A stretch of 62,153 nt of DNA from an uncultured Bacillota bacterium (GCA_949289785.1 CASEOW010000022.1:1-62153), one strand, 5' to 3'; positions 7,840-19,324 are shown, numbered from the stretch's first letter. Program-made: numbers and translations. Notes: generated by a model from the letters alone, not told the origin.

Positions 7840-10800
7840 ATGACAAAATCTAAAAAAATTACAGTTTTTTTGTTTAGTCTTATGCTTGTTTTGGCAGGCC
7901 TTCTTTTTGTTGCCTGTGGTTCACAAAGTTACAAAAATGTTACATTAACTAGTGATAAACAAGTTATTTCTTTATTCGTTTCAAAAAATATTTCAGATGA
8001 AGAAACTGTTGTAGAAAATGCCGAATATGTAAAATTTACTATTAATAATCCTGTCAATAATATGTATAAAAATTTAACATATTCCTTATCTAATCCTGGC
8101 GTTTGTCAAGTTAGTTTATATAGTCAACAGGATAATTCTACAACTTATAAAATTGTAGGTTTAAAAGGAGGAAATACTACACTTGAAGCTAAAACTATTG
8201 AAGGAAATAAAACTTGCAAAGTTACTATTAATGTAAGACAATATTCAGATAAATTAACAGCTAACTCTAATTCTTTATATCTTTCAGAGTCTTCACCATT
8301 AATACCAAACTCTTCTGATTTTGTTTTTGATGATAATGCAACAGAAAGAGAACTTAATTTCTATTTCTATGGCAAAACTGCTTCAGGATATATAATGACT
8401 GAGGAAGATATTAAATCTAATGGTGAATTTGTTAATAAATTTGTTAGTGCAAATTTAATTTCTTTAGAAAATCAATATTATATCATTTTTAAAGATGAAA
8501 ATGATAATTTGTATACTTTATCTAAAGAGAAGAGTATTCAAGTTGAAGACAATTTATATAACACATATTATGACTTCATAGAAGTAAGTTATGATAATGA
8601 TACATATGTTTTTGATAAGGAAAATTCTTCCAGTGTTTCTTTAGGTGACAAATTTAAGTTTTTAGCCACTTATAATATTTCAGAAGAAGAAATAATCATT
8701 TGTGAACGAGAATTTTCAATTCTTATAGATATAGATTTTGAAAGTTTAGTTCATGAATATGGTTATATGGTAGAAGGAGAAATTTTTGATATTTCTTCAA
8801 ATCAATCATATAAATTAGAAAATCTAAAAAATGGTAATATAACATTAATTCCTTCTTATAGTTTATTTATAGAAGATGATCCAATTTTAGTTGGTAAAAA
8901 AGCTTTATTTTCTACAGTTTACTTAAAGATTACAATTAATACTACAAGTGATTTAATAAAAGAAAGTTTTTATCTTTTAAACGATGAAATTGCTAACTGC
9001 AATAAACTAGGAAAAATAATTGAAGACGGAAAAACATCTTATTTTTATGAAATTAATTGTTCAACAAACAAAAATTTAACAACTTCATTTAATGCAAAGT
9101 TTTATTATGAAGGATTTGAAAATAGTGATGATTCAAATGTAAATTTTACTTATAAAATTCCTGTTGAGATTAAGGTAGTTCCTAATACTGTTTTAGTCAA
9201 TAATGTAAATTTAAATACTTATGAAAAAACTTTTACTTTTTATAATAATTATGCTGGAAACAATTATGGTTGGCAAGAATTTGTTTTTAATGTATTACCT
9301 ACAAGTGCAGACTATACAAATCTAACAGTAGATTTAACAGGTTCAAATCTTCAATTAAAATATAATAATGAAATTTACCAAGATGAAATCTTTACTATTT
9401 CTCAAATCAATTATCCTATCTATTTAAAAGGAATAGATGGTGCTGAGATTACACAAGAAGGTCAAACTCTTAGTCTAGTTTTCATTTTAAATTATAATGT
9501 TCTAAGAGAAGAACAATATACTGTTAAATTTAATTATGTCATATCTCAAGGTGCAAAAACTTTGCAGTATAATACTGAAGATTTTGCAAATGGAATTTAT
9601 TTAGATATCAATGATGATTACTTAGATTTTATAGATATTTATGCTGATGCTAAATTTAATTCTTTTTCAATAAATTATTCTTCTGGTGAAGATATTGCTA
9701 TTTTTGAAATTGATAATGAAAATCCATACAAAACTATTGAAGGTCAAGATGGAAAATATTTCTTAAATTTTAAAATTAAAGCAATAAATTTAAGTAGTGA
9801 AGGTGTTAAAGGAACTTATACCATTACTTTAGATAACGGTCAAAGAATTCCTTTAATAATTTCTGTAATTGAAGAATTAAATAATGTTCATGTTGGAACA
9901 AATAATGTAAACGATAATGTTGAATATGAAGAATATAGTTTTGATGGAAGTTTAGAATCAGAAGTTAAATATTATGTTTATAATGATGGTACTAGAAATT
10001 ATGTTGATATAAATATTATATCTAATGATAATGTAAACTCTATAGCAATAGATAGAGTATTATTTGATGATTTTGTATCTGAAAATGTAACTATTGGTGA
10101 TGCTCAAAATTCAAATAAAAAATTTAATATATATTTAATATCCAATGGTTCTACTGATATTAGAATAAGAGTATATGGTAATGAAATTAATAATTTTTCA
10201 TTAGAAGAACATGTTTTAGAATATAATTTACATATAGTAGTCTTTAATTACATTGAAAAATTAAATATTTACAAAGAAAAAGATGGATTTGGAGAATACA
10301 AAAACGAAGAAAGCGGAATTGAAAGTGAAAGACTTTATGGAGTTAGTGCTTCTTATTTAGATGTTTACTCAAATACTAATAAAACAGACTTCTTAACTGC
10401 AAAATTAAATTATAGTTTGCAAAATAAAAATGCATATTTATTTACCAATCCATTATATTTAGAAGATACAAATCAAAGTTATGAAGAGGCATCTTTTAGT
10501 CAAAATTATTTATATTGGACTGTTGCAGATGCAACTATTCAAAAAAATGGTGTAACAGTTAACTACATGTATCGTAGAAATAATGATGAAAATATTTATG
10601 TTATTAACAATCTTGGTAGTTTTAACACTGATACATTAGAATTTACTGCTTTTCAAAATATTGTTACTTCAAAAACATTTACTCTTACTGCACATGTTAG
10701 ACAATATTCAAAAACATATTCTTATACCATTAATGTTAGAATTACTCCTTATAAAAATGTAGAAGATATTACATTAACAACTGGTGTAAGTACTTTAGAA

Positions 10801-13800
10801 TTTTCTTCGCTGAAAACAACTCATTCAGTAGTAGCTTATGCCACAAACAATGACGCCACAAATAACAAAATTGTCGCAATAGTAAATGATGCAAAAATTG
10901 TAGTTGATGGAGTAACTTATAATTTAATTGACCAAAATTCTATATCATATATCGAAAGCGATGGAAAATATCAAATTACTTTAAATGCAGATAATGAATT
11001 TATAAAATATGCAGAGGGTGTAGAAACTAAAATAGAGGGAACTTTACAAATAGTTGCTGAAGATTGGCTAGATAGTGCTGGCAATATTATGTCTGATTAT
11101 TTAGAAAGAGTAAAAACCATAGTATTAACATATGCAAATGGTACAGAGCAAAACAGATTCACATTAGAAACTGTGGAAGATGTTCGTGCTATTGCTAATA
11201 ATCTTTCTGCTCATTATCAATTAAGAACTACGATAGATGTTTCTTCTATATCATCTATTTTACCTTTAGGTGAATTTAAAGGTTCTATTATTGGTTTATC
11301 TCAATATGCTAAACTTACTGGTATTAACATTATAAAAAACAATAATGAACAAAAAACTTATGGTTTATTTAGTTCTTTAGCAGAAGGTAGTTACATTGAA
11401 TACGTTTCTTTTGAAGGACGTTTTCAAATAGGAAATGAATCTGATTTATCTTCTTATGCCACATATGGAAGCAAAATAGGTCTTATAGCTGGTGAAAATT
11501 ATGGTAAATTAATCAATATAAATGTTACTATAAATAATTCAACTATAAATATTAATCAAGGTTATATTGGAGGGGTTGTAGGTATAAATTATGGAGAAAT
11601 TATTCATGATTTAACTTTATATGAGGATAATACATCACAAACTAGAACTTCTTTTTTAGAAGAACTTAATAACAATGGAAGAATTAGTTATGCAGGCTTT
11701 TCTCCTAATATAACTCTATATATGAATGATTATTTAAATGTAAACTACAATATAGGCAATCTTGATACTAGCACTATTTATACATATGTAGGTGGTATTA
11801 CAGGTTTAAATGGATATTATGAAAAAGATGGAAAATCTAATTATGGTTCTATAAAGAAAGTTGATAGTAATACATTAAATTTAACTGGTTATAGTAATTA
11901 TACAGCATACACTTTGATAAAAACTAAACAAATTATAAATGCTAATTCAATAGAAAGAAATGTATTGAAAATTGGTGGTTTAGCTGGAGAAATTATCCTT
12001 CCAAATACACAAGGTGTTTCTATAGATAGCAGTATTACTGGTGGTTATAATGAAAAATCCGATTATGGTGTAAATTATGTAAAATATACAGATTATATTA
12101 GAAATGTAGACGACACTCAATTGGGTGATTTTAAAGCCGGATATGGATTAGTTATAGGTGGAAGAATAGAAGGATACGGATATGTTGGTGGGGTTGTAGG
12201 ATATATTTCAAACTTAACCAACGATACTAAAAATGCTTTTGTAGGTATTACTTCTAGAATTTTTGTTAAAGGTTGTGCAAACAGCGTGACAACTGCTGAT
12301 GGTAAATCTTACACAAAAACAGCATTAATAGCCAACATAAGTCAAATTGGAGTAGGAACTACTATTTCTAGTGCTTATGGTATCCAGGCTGTAGATGAGA
12401 TAGGTGTTGGTGCTGATGCTTCTATGATAGTGGTTGAAAATAGCGAAAAAATCAATGATTATTATAGTAATAAAACATTAGATATTAATAAAATTGTTTT
12501 TGGTCCTTCATTAAGTGATAATATTCCTACAGTAATGTGTTTAGACAATAGTAACGGTTATATAAATGTTTACACTTATCTTTTATCGAGAAAACAAGAA
12601 GTTATGAATAGTGCTGAAGGAGAAACTTCAAATATAAATATTTCAAGTGGAAATAAATCTATTTATTATGGAGATTTCATCGTAGCATCAGATAATTGCA
12701 CTGTGTTACAAGATCAACTGTTCTTTGCAAAAGGTAATGAAGATGATATGTCTGTTGGTGCAAATTTTAATAATCAGATGACTGATGGATCTGATAATCC
12801 TTCTAAAACTATTTTCTATATGTTTTATTTTGAAAGAGCTGAGGGAGAAGATATTTCACAAGAAAATGATGCTCAAACTCTTTTAGATAATTATGTTAAT
12901 ACTATTTCTGCTTCCAGCGTTCTTTATCCAATACTTATAAATGGAGAAATTACTTTAACTTCAAAGAATACAGATATTTTGACTATCGATAAACAAGGGG
13001 TTATTACAGTTAAAAGCACGGGGCTTGCTAAAATTGAAGGTTCTAGTATCTTGAATAGAAATAATGCTATTGAATTTTATATTTATGTAACTAATTTCTT
13101 TAATCCTGATGAACCTAAATTTACTGGTTCTGATTCTTCACAAACTAAAATCTCTATTATTTATCCTAGTGGTTCAACATCTTCAACTCCTATTGATGAT
13201 ACTATAATTAATTTAAGAGGAAATAATAGTGTGTCTTTAGTTGTGAAACCTCATTATACTTTGCAAATTAATAATTTGAATGGAAGTAACTTTGTCGTAT
13301 CATCAGAAGGTTATGTATCTTATATGAATAAAACATTTTATATAAAAAATAATGAAAATGTTTCTGCAACTATTCTAGAAGCTATTAGATATGAAGGGGA
13401 AAATGGAGAAGTAGAAATAAATGGACTTGAAAATAATGAACTTGAAGTTTCTTCTTCAGGACAAATAATATCTATTAGAAAAGGAACTAATGTTGAACAA
13501 GCTACTTATAGTTTAACTTTACAACCTAGATTAGAAATAAGTTTTGAAGAAAACGGAAAAACTACTACTTATTATTCTAATGTAAATAAAACTATAAATA
13601 ATACAACATTAGATTATAAAAAAGGTGCTTTAAGTATTAATCATTTAAAATATGCCGAAGTTGTATTATATTCTTCAAGTGAAATATATGATATTATAGA
13701 AATAAGTTCTGATACAATAGAAAATGAGCCTTATTATTATATTACAGATTCTAATGGTAAAATTTTACAAGCTAGCGGTGAACTTAGAGATATTTTGGGA

Positions 13801-16800
13801 CAAAATTTTATAATTGATAGTGTAGAAAACAGTGCAAATCTTTTATTCAATGTTGACTTTAAAGTTTATTATCAAAATAGCAATGATTTAACTGAAAAAC
13901 AAAGTTATTCTTTAACTATATCAATTAATAAAAATTCTAACCAGTATAAAAACAGGTATGAACAAGATATCTATGGTAAATATATGATTTATATAGTTGC
14001 TTCTTCAAATACTGAAAAAACAACTTCTATAGTTATTAATTTTGAAAGAAGAGATATAAATTCTGTAATTATTGACAATTATACTGAACTTGATGATGCA
14101 ATATCTTCTACCGGAATTGGCTCTATTTCTGAATATGCTTATCCTGGTGAAAATGGATTTATTGCTATTACTATTAATCCTGATGATGCAGATTTTGATT
14201 ATATTTTGATTGGAAATAATCAACAAAATTATCAAGCAGGTAATTCTGATGCTAACTTTGGTATTTTAGCTAGAAAAGCAAATTCTCAAGGGGAAGCAAA
14301 TATATTTGAGGAAGATATTATTCTTGGAGAAAGTAGTAATTATGGATTAAAAATATATCTTAAAGATATTATAGATCTTTACGGTAACGAAAAATATATA
14401 TCATATAATGGTGTTATTTATATAAAATATAATTTTAGTTCTAATAATGTAAATAATTTAAGTAAATCATACATAGATGTAACTTTATACAAAGATAATT
14501 CACCGATTTACAATACTGTATCGAAAGAAGTTACAATTAAACTTCAAAATTATGTAGCAGTTGAATTGGTTGACAAACAACCTGAAATTGTTAATGATAA
14601 GAATTATTACGCTTCTTATAGAGTTGCTAGAGGTTTAAAATACGAATTGGCTATTAGTTCTTATGGTTTTAGTAGCGAAAATATTAACCTTGTTTTAAGC
14701 AACGATAATCTTGCAAGTATTATCAAAGAAAATGGAAAATATTATTTACAAATTACAAATCAAAATATAGATTATACATTAAATCAAAATACATTTGATA
14801 TAACAGTTACTGCAATACAAACTGATGGAGATAATACAAGAACTGCGTCAAGTATTACACACATTGAAATATTAGAGTTTGTCTTTAATTATAGCTATGA
14901 TTCATCAAAAAATGAAGATTTAGTTAGTGGAATGGGAAATGGAATTATAAATATTCAAGTTGGAACTCAAATGACTTTATCTATTGATATGTTTGATTAT
15001 ATTGAATATAATTCTTCAAGCCCTGATGTTATAAATAAAATAAATAACTTCTTTGCAACTCTTGCAAGTCAAGGTGAGTGGAAAGCTCATACTAATCTTA
15101 TTACTGATACTTTGCCAGATTACAATAAAGCAGAAGAAAATAAAGAAGGTAGAATACAATATCTATTAAGTAATAATGCTATATTAGAAACTTATTATTT
15201 TAATTCAAATGGTTTGAATATAACTCCTATAAAAACTCATAATTCTAATGATAAATTTTATTTCTTTACTTTCACTTCTTATTATAAAGTAGAGAACGGT
15301 TTGTATGTAGTTAAACAATCAGATGATAATACAGGGTATATGCCAATCAAAACAACTTTTGTTTTAAATGTTTATACATCTAGCAGTGAGGATAGTCCTT
15401 TACCAATTTATGATTACAATGATTTTATAAATATGCAACAAGGACAATATTATATTTTGCTTAATGATATTGTTTTACCAAATGAAATTGATGAGAGTAC
15501 AGGTGTATCCCAATTTACTCCTCTTGTTGGAAATTTTGCTTCATTAGATGGAAATGGACATAGTTTAATTTTACAAGGCAAATATAATATGGGAAGTCAA
15601 TCTTCTATTGGAATATTCTCTTCTCTTGAAAGTGGAAGTCAAATTAAAAATCTTAATGTTAAATTTGCTGCTGCAAGCGATGGAAGTGATTTAAATATAG
15701 ATAACGAAAATGATGGTTATCAACTTTATGGTTTAAAAACCGTTAAATTTGTTACTACTTCTTCTTCATTTAATTTTGCTGGATTAGTTGTAAATAATTC
15801 AGGTATTATTACTAATTGTCATATAGAAACAGAAAGAACTAACAATTCAGAATATTACATTGCAATAATTGCAGATAATGCTTCTACTGGTTCAATAATA
15901 GCTGGATTGGTTGCAAATAACACTGGTTATATAACTAATTGTAGCGTAAAAGCTAACATCAAGTCTCCATTTAGAATAGCTGGAGTAGTAGGTTATAATT
16001 CAGGTAATATAGCTGCTTGTTATTTTAAAGAGAGTAAAATAATAAATATATCTAATCAAAAACAATATGCTTCAGGTTTTGTTTACACAAATGATAAGGA
16101 AGGAAAAATTATCACTAGTTATGTTGCTGGAAAAACTTATTCTACAAGTCTTTATAGTTTAGATAAAAATAGTTATATAAGTTGTAATGAACAAGGTGCT
16201 GGATTTGTTTATGAAAATTTAGGATATATAAGTGATTGCTACACAGATATTTATTTAGCTGTTACTCCCAATATGGCTGGATTTGTGTATTCTAATGGTG
16301 GAGATATTTATAATTCTTTTTCTCTGTCAATTTTAAGTAATCAAAATTCTGCAGCTGCGGGATTTGCTTTTGAAACTACTTTAAGAGTGGAAGAAGGAAA
16401 TCAAACAGGCGGTAATACTTTAGTTTATACAGGTGAATTTTCAAATTGTTATTACTTCTATAATGAAGAAATAGAAAGTATGGCTAGTCAAACTGGATAT
16501 AATGAAGATGGATTCTTGTATAATACTGAGGATATAAACACATCCTTACAAGAAAAAGATTTTGAAGGAATTAGCAAATACAACGCAGGACAATTTGATA
16601 AAGTGTCAGAATATTTTGCTGAATATGCTTATTCAAGCACTATTGGTGTCAATGCTATTTGGTTCTATAGTTCTGGGAACACTTCTTCTACTTATGTTGA
16701 CTATAATCCTACTACACAAACTACAGAAATTCCTGGTGAAGATGGAAAAACACAAGTTAACACTGTATATGAAACTTCTTTAAAAGAATTGCCAAAAGGA

Positions 16801-19272
16801 AGACTTGAACTTGTTAGTGCAAATATTGAAACTCTTTCTATTAAAAATTTCAGTCATACAGAAGTTGATGAAAGTAATGGTATAAGTCAATATATTTATG
16901 TTTATATTGATGATCCTGATGCGCCTAATAGAGGAAGCATTCACAATCCTAGATTAATTTATGATGCAAATTCTATGGAAAGTGAAATTCTTGAGCAAAC
17001 TCAATCTACTGGTATTAATAGTACTAACTATAGAATAATAAGTGATATTGATTATAGCGAAACAACTCAATCAAAACTTTACAAAACGATTTTTGCAGGT
17101 ATGATTGAAGGAAATGGAATGACAATTAGTTCTATAAGATTATACAGTGAAGAAAGTTTAGATAATGCCGGCTTATTTGCACAAATCGGTTATTCTTCTA
17201 GTAAGACAGGTGCTATAAAAAATTTAACTATTAATCCAAGTGAAGTAGCATTTTCTAGTTCAAGCACTGTAGGAACATTGGCAGGAACGCTTCAAAATGG
17301 TTATTTATATGATATCGAGATTAATTCTAATACTAACTCTAACTCTGTGGTAGTAGTTGGTAGTAATATTGTAGGAGGTGTTGTAGGTAAAGCAGTATCT
17401 TCATATATAATGAAAGATATTAAAAGCGATATTAATGCTACGGCTAATTATATTTCTGAATCTACTAGAGTTTATAATGAAAATTCTCAAAATGATAGAT
17501 TGTATTCATATGCTGGAAGTATAGTTGGATATTTAGGTGGTTCAGGTCAAATTTATAATGCGCAAGTATCTAATGTTACATCTGTAATGGGTGGCAGAGT
17601 AGGTCTTTTATATGGTGGAGTAGGGGCTAGTGCTAAAGCTTATTACAATTATGCTGATTTAAGTTATACAACTTCAACTTCACTTTCATTAAAACCTTAT
17701 TTCTTTGGTGGATTTATTGCTGGTGATATTAGTGGAACTGTTCAATATTCTTATGTTTACGGAAATGATAACACAATTTCTCCTTTTTCAACTGTTCCTA
17801 AGGTTCCTATTGCAGTTGGAGGAATTTGCGGAATATTGAGTGGAGGAACTATTAATAACGCAGTCGTTAGTCAAAGTTTCAGTGTTACAAGTAACAGTAG
17901 TTCTTCAAATATTAACTATGTAGGAGGAATAGCAGGAGAGATAGGACTTGCTAATGGAAAAGTATCTTATATAAATGAATGTTTGGTTGACAAAAATATT
18001 GCTGCAAGTTCTATTTTAGGTGGAGCAGTTGCGATGGTTGAATCTACTGTAGTAATAGATTCTGTTGCAATTAAAAGTTATAAATTAGAAATAAATGGAG
18101 AAAAATCAGGTCCTGAGCTTGGTGGTTTAGTTGCTAATTCTTTAAGTGATTATGTTATAAGAATTTCAAATAGTTACTGTACATCTAATTTAATAATTGA
18201 TACTAATACTTCAGGAGCAGCATCTTCTGCATATGTTAGTGGACTTGTTGCAAGACCAAAAACAAGCAATTTATATATGTCTTATTGCTATACGACTTCT
18301 ATTATAGATGTAAAACTTCAAGATATGAGATCTACAAGTTCTGATTATCTTACTTATGATCAATATGGGGAAGATAATTCAAAAGTAAGTTTATTTTATA
18401 ATTTAATAAATGATTCATCACGAATAAATGAAGTATATAATTTGGGTGTTGGTAGTTCTCAAATTGGAAGTGGTGCAAAAGTTAGTAGTGAAGATTATTT
18501 AATTAAGAATTATAATAGTTATATGAATTATAGCACTAGAGCTTATCAAAGTGGATTAACTTTAAATGTTTATAATTATGGAAATTCTTCTTATGACTAT
18601 GCTGGTGAAACTAATATTGCTATGGCATCTAATCCTGCAATTTTCTATAACTTATTTAATAACAATTATTCTTCTGTTGAAGGGGATTTTAAATATGATT
18701 ATTTAAAAGATGAGTTTATAAAAGGAGAAGATATTTATAAATTTAATGCTAATACTGGAACATATGAAAGGACAATAACAGAAGGAGATATAACTGCTCA
18801 AACATCTACTACTGCAATAATAAGATGTTATGAAATTTTAATTGGTGAAATTACAAAAAAAGCTTACTATTATAATGATAACCTAATTACCACTAATGAT
18901 TGGTATTCATCATATAAAATTAAAAATGGTATTATAAGTTTTGAAGATTCCATAGAAAATTCTAATAATGCAACTATAAAAAGTTTAACTGAAATATTAT
19001 TGTTAAATGAAGGTTTTGCTCCTATGGAAACTTATAAAGATTTACAAGGTAATGTTTATATCCGTCAATATGAAGAAATTGGTGATAAATTTGTAATTAC
19101 ATATACTAATATAAGAACAAACAGTGTATATACTAAAAATTCTTCAGGTGAATGGGTTAGTGGTAGTAATAAATTAAGTGAAGGACCATCAATTAAAATT
19201 TGGAAAGTTTCCATTAATGCACTTAGTTCGCTTAATTTTGAAGATAACTTATTTTGGATTAAAAAAATCTAA
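7840..19272 (+). CDS. Giant (3810 aa) surface lipoprotein with Big_2-like Ig domains and three GLUG-type beta-helix modules
   Basis: An uninterrupted 11.4-kb ORF in AT-rich DNA. AGGAGAGAG RBS lies 23 nt after the upstream stop. The signal peptide ends in the lipobox FVAC (Cys26). Big_2-like segments lie near aa 30-133 and about aa 1700-1750. GGxxGxNxGxIxN repeats are present. There is no C-terminal TM helix or LPXTG motif. Confidence 0.9.
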   Translation: MTKSKKITVFLFSLMLVLAGLLFVACGSQSYKNVTLTSDKQVISLFVSKNISDEETVVENAEYVKFTINNPVNNMYKNLTYSLSNPGVCQVSLYSQQDNSTTYKIVGLKGGNTTLEAKTIEGNKTCKVTINVRQYSDKLTANSNSLYLSESSPLIPNSSDFVFDDNATERELNFYFYGKTASGYIMTEEDIKSNGEFVNKFVSANLISLENQYYIIFKDENDNLYTLSKEKSIQVEDNLYNTYYDFIEVSYDNDTYVFDKENSSSVSLGDKFKFLATYNISEEEIIICEREFSILIDIDFESLVHEYGYMVEGEIFDISSNQSYKLENLKNGNITLIPSYSLFIEDDPILVGKKALFSTVYLKITINTTSDLIKESFYLLNDEIANCNKLGKIIEDGKTSYFYEINCSTNKNLTTSFNAKFYYEGFENSDDSNVNFTYKIPVEIKVVPNTVLVNNVNLNTYEKTFTFYNNYAGNNYGWQEFVFNVLPTSADYTNLTVDLTGSNLQLKYNNEIYQDEIFTISQINYPIYLKGIDGAEITQEGQTLSLVFILNYNVLREEQYTVKFNYVISQGAKTLQYNTEDFANGIYLDINDDYLDFIDIYADAKFNSFSINYSSGEDIAIFEIDNENPYKTIEGQDGKYFLNFKIKAINLSSEGVKGTYTITLDNGQRIPLIISVIEELNNVHVGTNNVNDNVEYEEYSFDGSLESEVKYYVYNDGTRNYVDINIISNDNVNSIAIDRVLFDDFVSENVTIGDAQNSNKKFNIYLISNGSTDIRIRVYGNEINNFSLEEHVLEYNLHIVVFNYIEKLNIYKEKDGFGEYKNEESGIESERLYGVSASYLDVYSNTNKTDFLTAKLNYSLQNKNAYLFTNPLYLEDTNQSYEEASFSQNYLYWTVADATIQKNGVTVNYMYRRNNDENIYVINNLGSFNTDTLEFTAFQNIVTSKTFTLTAHVRQYSKTYSYTINVRITPYKNVEDITLTTGVSTLEFSSLKTTHSVVAYATNNDATNNKIVAIVNDAKIVVDGVTYNLIDQNSISYIESDGKYQITLNADNEFIKYAEGVETKIEGTLQIVAEDWLDSAGNIMSDYLERVKTIVLTYANGTEQNRFTLETVEDVRAIANNLSAHYQLRTTIDVSSISSILPLGEFKGSIIGLSQYAKLTGINIIKNNNEQKTYGLFSSLAEGSYIEYVSFEGRFQIGNESDLSSYATYGSKIGLIAGENYGKLININVTINNSTININQGYIGGVVGINYGEIIHDLTLYEDNTSQTRTSFLEELNNNGRISYAGFSPNITLYMNDYLNVNYNIGNLDTSTIYTYVGGITGLNGYYEKDGKSNYGSIKKVDSNTLNLTGYSNYTAYTLIKTKQIINANSIERNVLKIGGLAGEIILPNTQGVSIDSSITGGYNEKSDYGVNYVKYTDYIRNVDDTQLGDFKAGYGLVIGGRIEGYGYVGGVVGYISNLTNDTKNAFVGITSRIFVKGCANSVTTADGKSYTKTALIANISQIGVGTTISSAYGIQAVDEIGVGADASMIVVENSEKINDYYSNKTLDINKIVFGPSLSDNIPTVMCLDNSNGYINVYTYLLSRKQEVMNSAEGETSNINISSGNKSIYYGDFIVASDNCTVLQDQLFFAKGNEDDMSVGANFNNQMTDGSDNPSKTIFYMFYFERAEGEDISQENDAQTLLDNYVNTISASSVLYPILINGEITLTSKNTDILTIDKQGVITVKSTGLAKIEGSSILNRNNAIEFYIYVTNFFNPDEPKFTGSDSSQTKISIIYPSGSTSSTPIDDTIINLRGNNSVSLVVKPHYTLQINNLNGSNFVVSSEGYVSYMNKTFYIKNNENVSATILEAIRYEGENGEVEINGLENNELEVSSSGQIISIRKGTNVEQATYSLTLQPRLEISFEENGKTTTYYSNVNKTINNTTLDYKKGALSINHLKYAEVVLYSSSEIYDIIEISSDTIENEPYYYITDSNGKILQASGELRDILGQNFIIDSVENSANLLFNVDFKVYYQNSNDLTEKQSYSLTISINKNSNQYKNRYEQDIYGKYMIYIVASSNTEKTTSIVINFERRDINSVIIDNYTELDDAISSTGIGSISEYAYPGENGFIAITINPDDADFDYILIGNNQQNYQAGNSDANFGILARKANSQGEANIFEEDIILGESSNYGLKIYLKDIIDLYGNEKYISYNGVIYIKYNFSSNNVNNLSKSYIDVTLYKDNSPIYNTVSKEVTIKLQNYVAVELVDKQPEIVNDKNYYASYRVARGLKYELAISSYGFSSENINLVLSNDNLASIIKENGKYYLQITNQNIDYTLNQNTFDITVTAIQTDGDNTRTASSITHIEILEFVFNYSYDSSKNEDLVSGMGNGIINIQVGTQMTLSIDMFDYIEYNSSSPDVINKINNFFATLASQGEWKAHTNLITDTLPDYNKAEENKEGRIQYLLSNNAILETYYFNSNGLNITPIKTHNSNDKFYFFTFTSYYKVENGLYVVKQSDDNTGYMPIKTTFVLNVYTSSSEDSPLPIYDYNDFINMQQGQYYILLNDIVLPNEIDESTGVSQFTPLVGNFASLDGNGHSLILQGKYNMGSQSSIGIFSSLESGSQIKNLNVKFAAASDGSDLNIDNENDGYQLYGLKTVKFVTTSSSFNFAGLVVNNSGIITNCHIETERTNNSEYYIAIIADNASTGSIIAGLVANNTGYITNCSVKANIKSPFRIAGVVGYNSGNIAACYFKESKIINISNQKQYASGFVYTNDKEGKIITSYVAGKTYSTSLYSLDKNSYISCNEQGAGFVYENLGYISDCYTDIYLAVTPNMAGFVYSNGGDIYNSFSLSILSNQNSAAAGFAFETTLRVEEGNQTGGNTLVYTGEFSNCYYFYNEEIESMASQTGYNEDGFLYNTEDINTSLQEKDFEGISKYNAGQFDKVSEYFAEYAYSSTIGVNAIWFYSSGNTSSTYVDYNPTTQTTEIPGEDGKTQVNTVYETSLKELPKGRLELVSANIETLSIKNFSHTEVDESNGISQYIYVYIDDPDAPNRGSIHNPRLIYDANSMESEILEQTQSTGINSTNYRIISDIDYSETTQSKLYKTIFAGMIEGNGMTISSIRLYSEESLDNAGLFAQIGYSSSKTGAIKNLTINPSEVAFSSSSTVGTLAGTLQNGYLYDIEINSNTNSNSVVVVGSNIVGGVVGKAVSSYIMKDIKSDINATANYISESTRVYNENSQNDRLYSYAGSIVGYLGGSGQIYNAQVSNVTSVMGGRVGLLYGGVGASAKAYYNYADLSYTTSTSLSLKPYFFGGFIAGDISGTVQYSYVYGNDNTISPFSTVPKVPIAVGGICGILSGGTINNAVVSQSFSVTSNSSSSNINYVGGIAGEIGLANGKVSYINECLVDKNIAASSILGGAVAMVESTVVIDSVAIKSYKLEINGEKSGPELGGLVANSLSDYVIRISNSYCTSNLIIDTNTSGAASSAYVSGLVARPKTSNLYMSYCYTTSIIDVKLQDMRSTSSDYLTYDQYGEDNSKVSLFYNLINDSSRINEVYNLGVGSSQIGSGAKVSSEDYLIKNYNSYMNYSTRAYQSGLTLNVYNYGNSSYDYAGETNIAMASNPAIFYNLFNNNYSSVEGDFKYDYLKDEFIKGEDIYKFNANTGTYERTITEGDITAQTSTTAIIRCYEILIGEITKKAYYYNDNLITTNDWYSSYKIKNGIISFEDSIENSNNATIKSLTEILLLNEGFAPMETYKDLQGNVYIRQYEEIGDKFVITYTNIRTNSVYTKNSSGEWVSGSNKLSEGPSIKIWKVSINALSSLNFEDNLFWIKKI
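11152..12440 (+). other. Giant protein module 1: header plus GLUG-like beta-helix repeats
   Basis: Header FTLETVEDVRAIANNLSAHYQLRTTIDVSS...LGEFKGSIIG...YGLFSSL, then IGLIAGENYGKLININ, YIGGVVGINYGEIIHD, YVGGITGLNG and YVGGVVGYISN. Confidence 0.55.
15400..16450 (+). other. Giant protein module 2: header plus GLUG-like repeats
   Basis: Header IYDYNDFINMQQGQYYILLNDIVLP...VGNFASLDGNGHSLIL...IGIFSSL, then FAGLVVNNSGIITNCHIE, IAGLVANNTGYITNCSV, IAGVVGYNSGNIAACYF, GAGFVYENLGYISDCYT and MAGFVYSNGGDIYNSF. Confidence 0.6.
16940..18330 (+). other. Giant protein module 3: header plus GLUG-like repeats
   Basis: Header IHNPRLIYDANSMESEIL...NYRIISDIDYS...FAGMIEGNGMTISSIRL...AGLFAQI, then VGTLAGTLQNGYLYDIEI, VGGVVGKAVSS, YAGSIVGYLGGSGQIYNAQV, VGGICGILSGGTINNAVV, YVGGIAGEIG and LGGLVANS. 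Confidence 0.55.
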
Positions 19273-19324
19273 TATAGTTGTTAATAAAATACTTTGAGTT
19301 GTTTTAAATTTGATGTGAAATATG

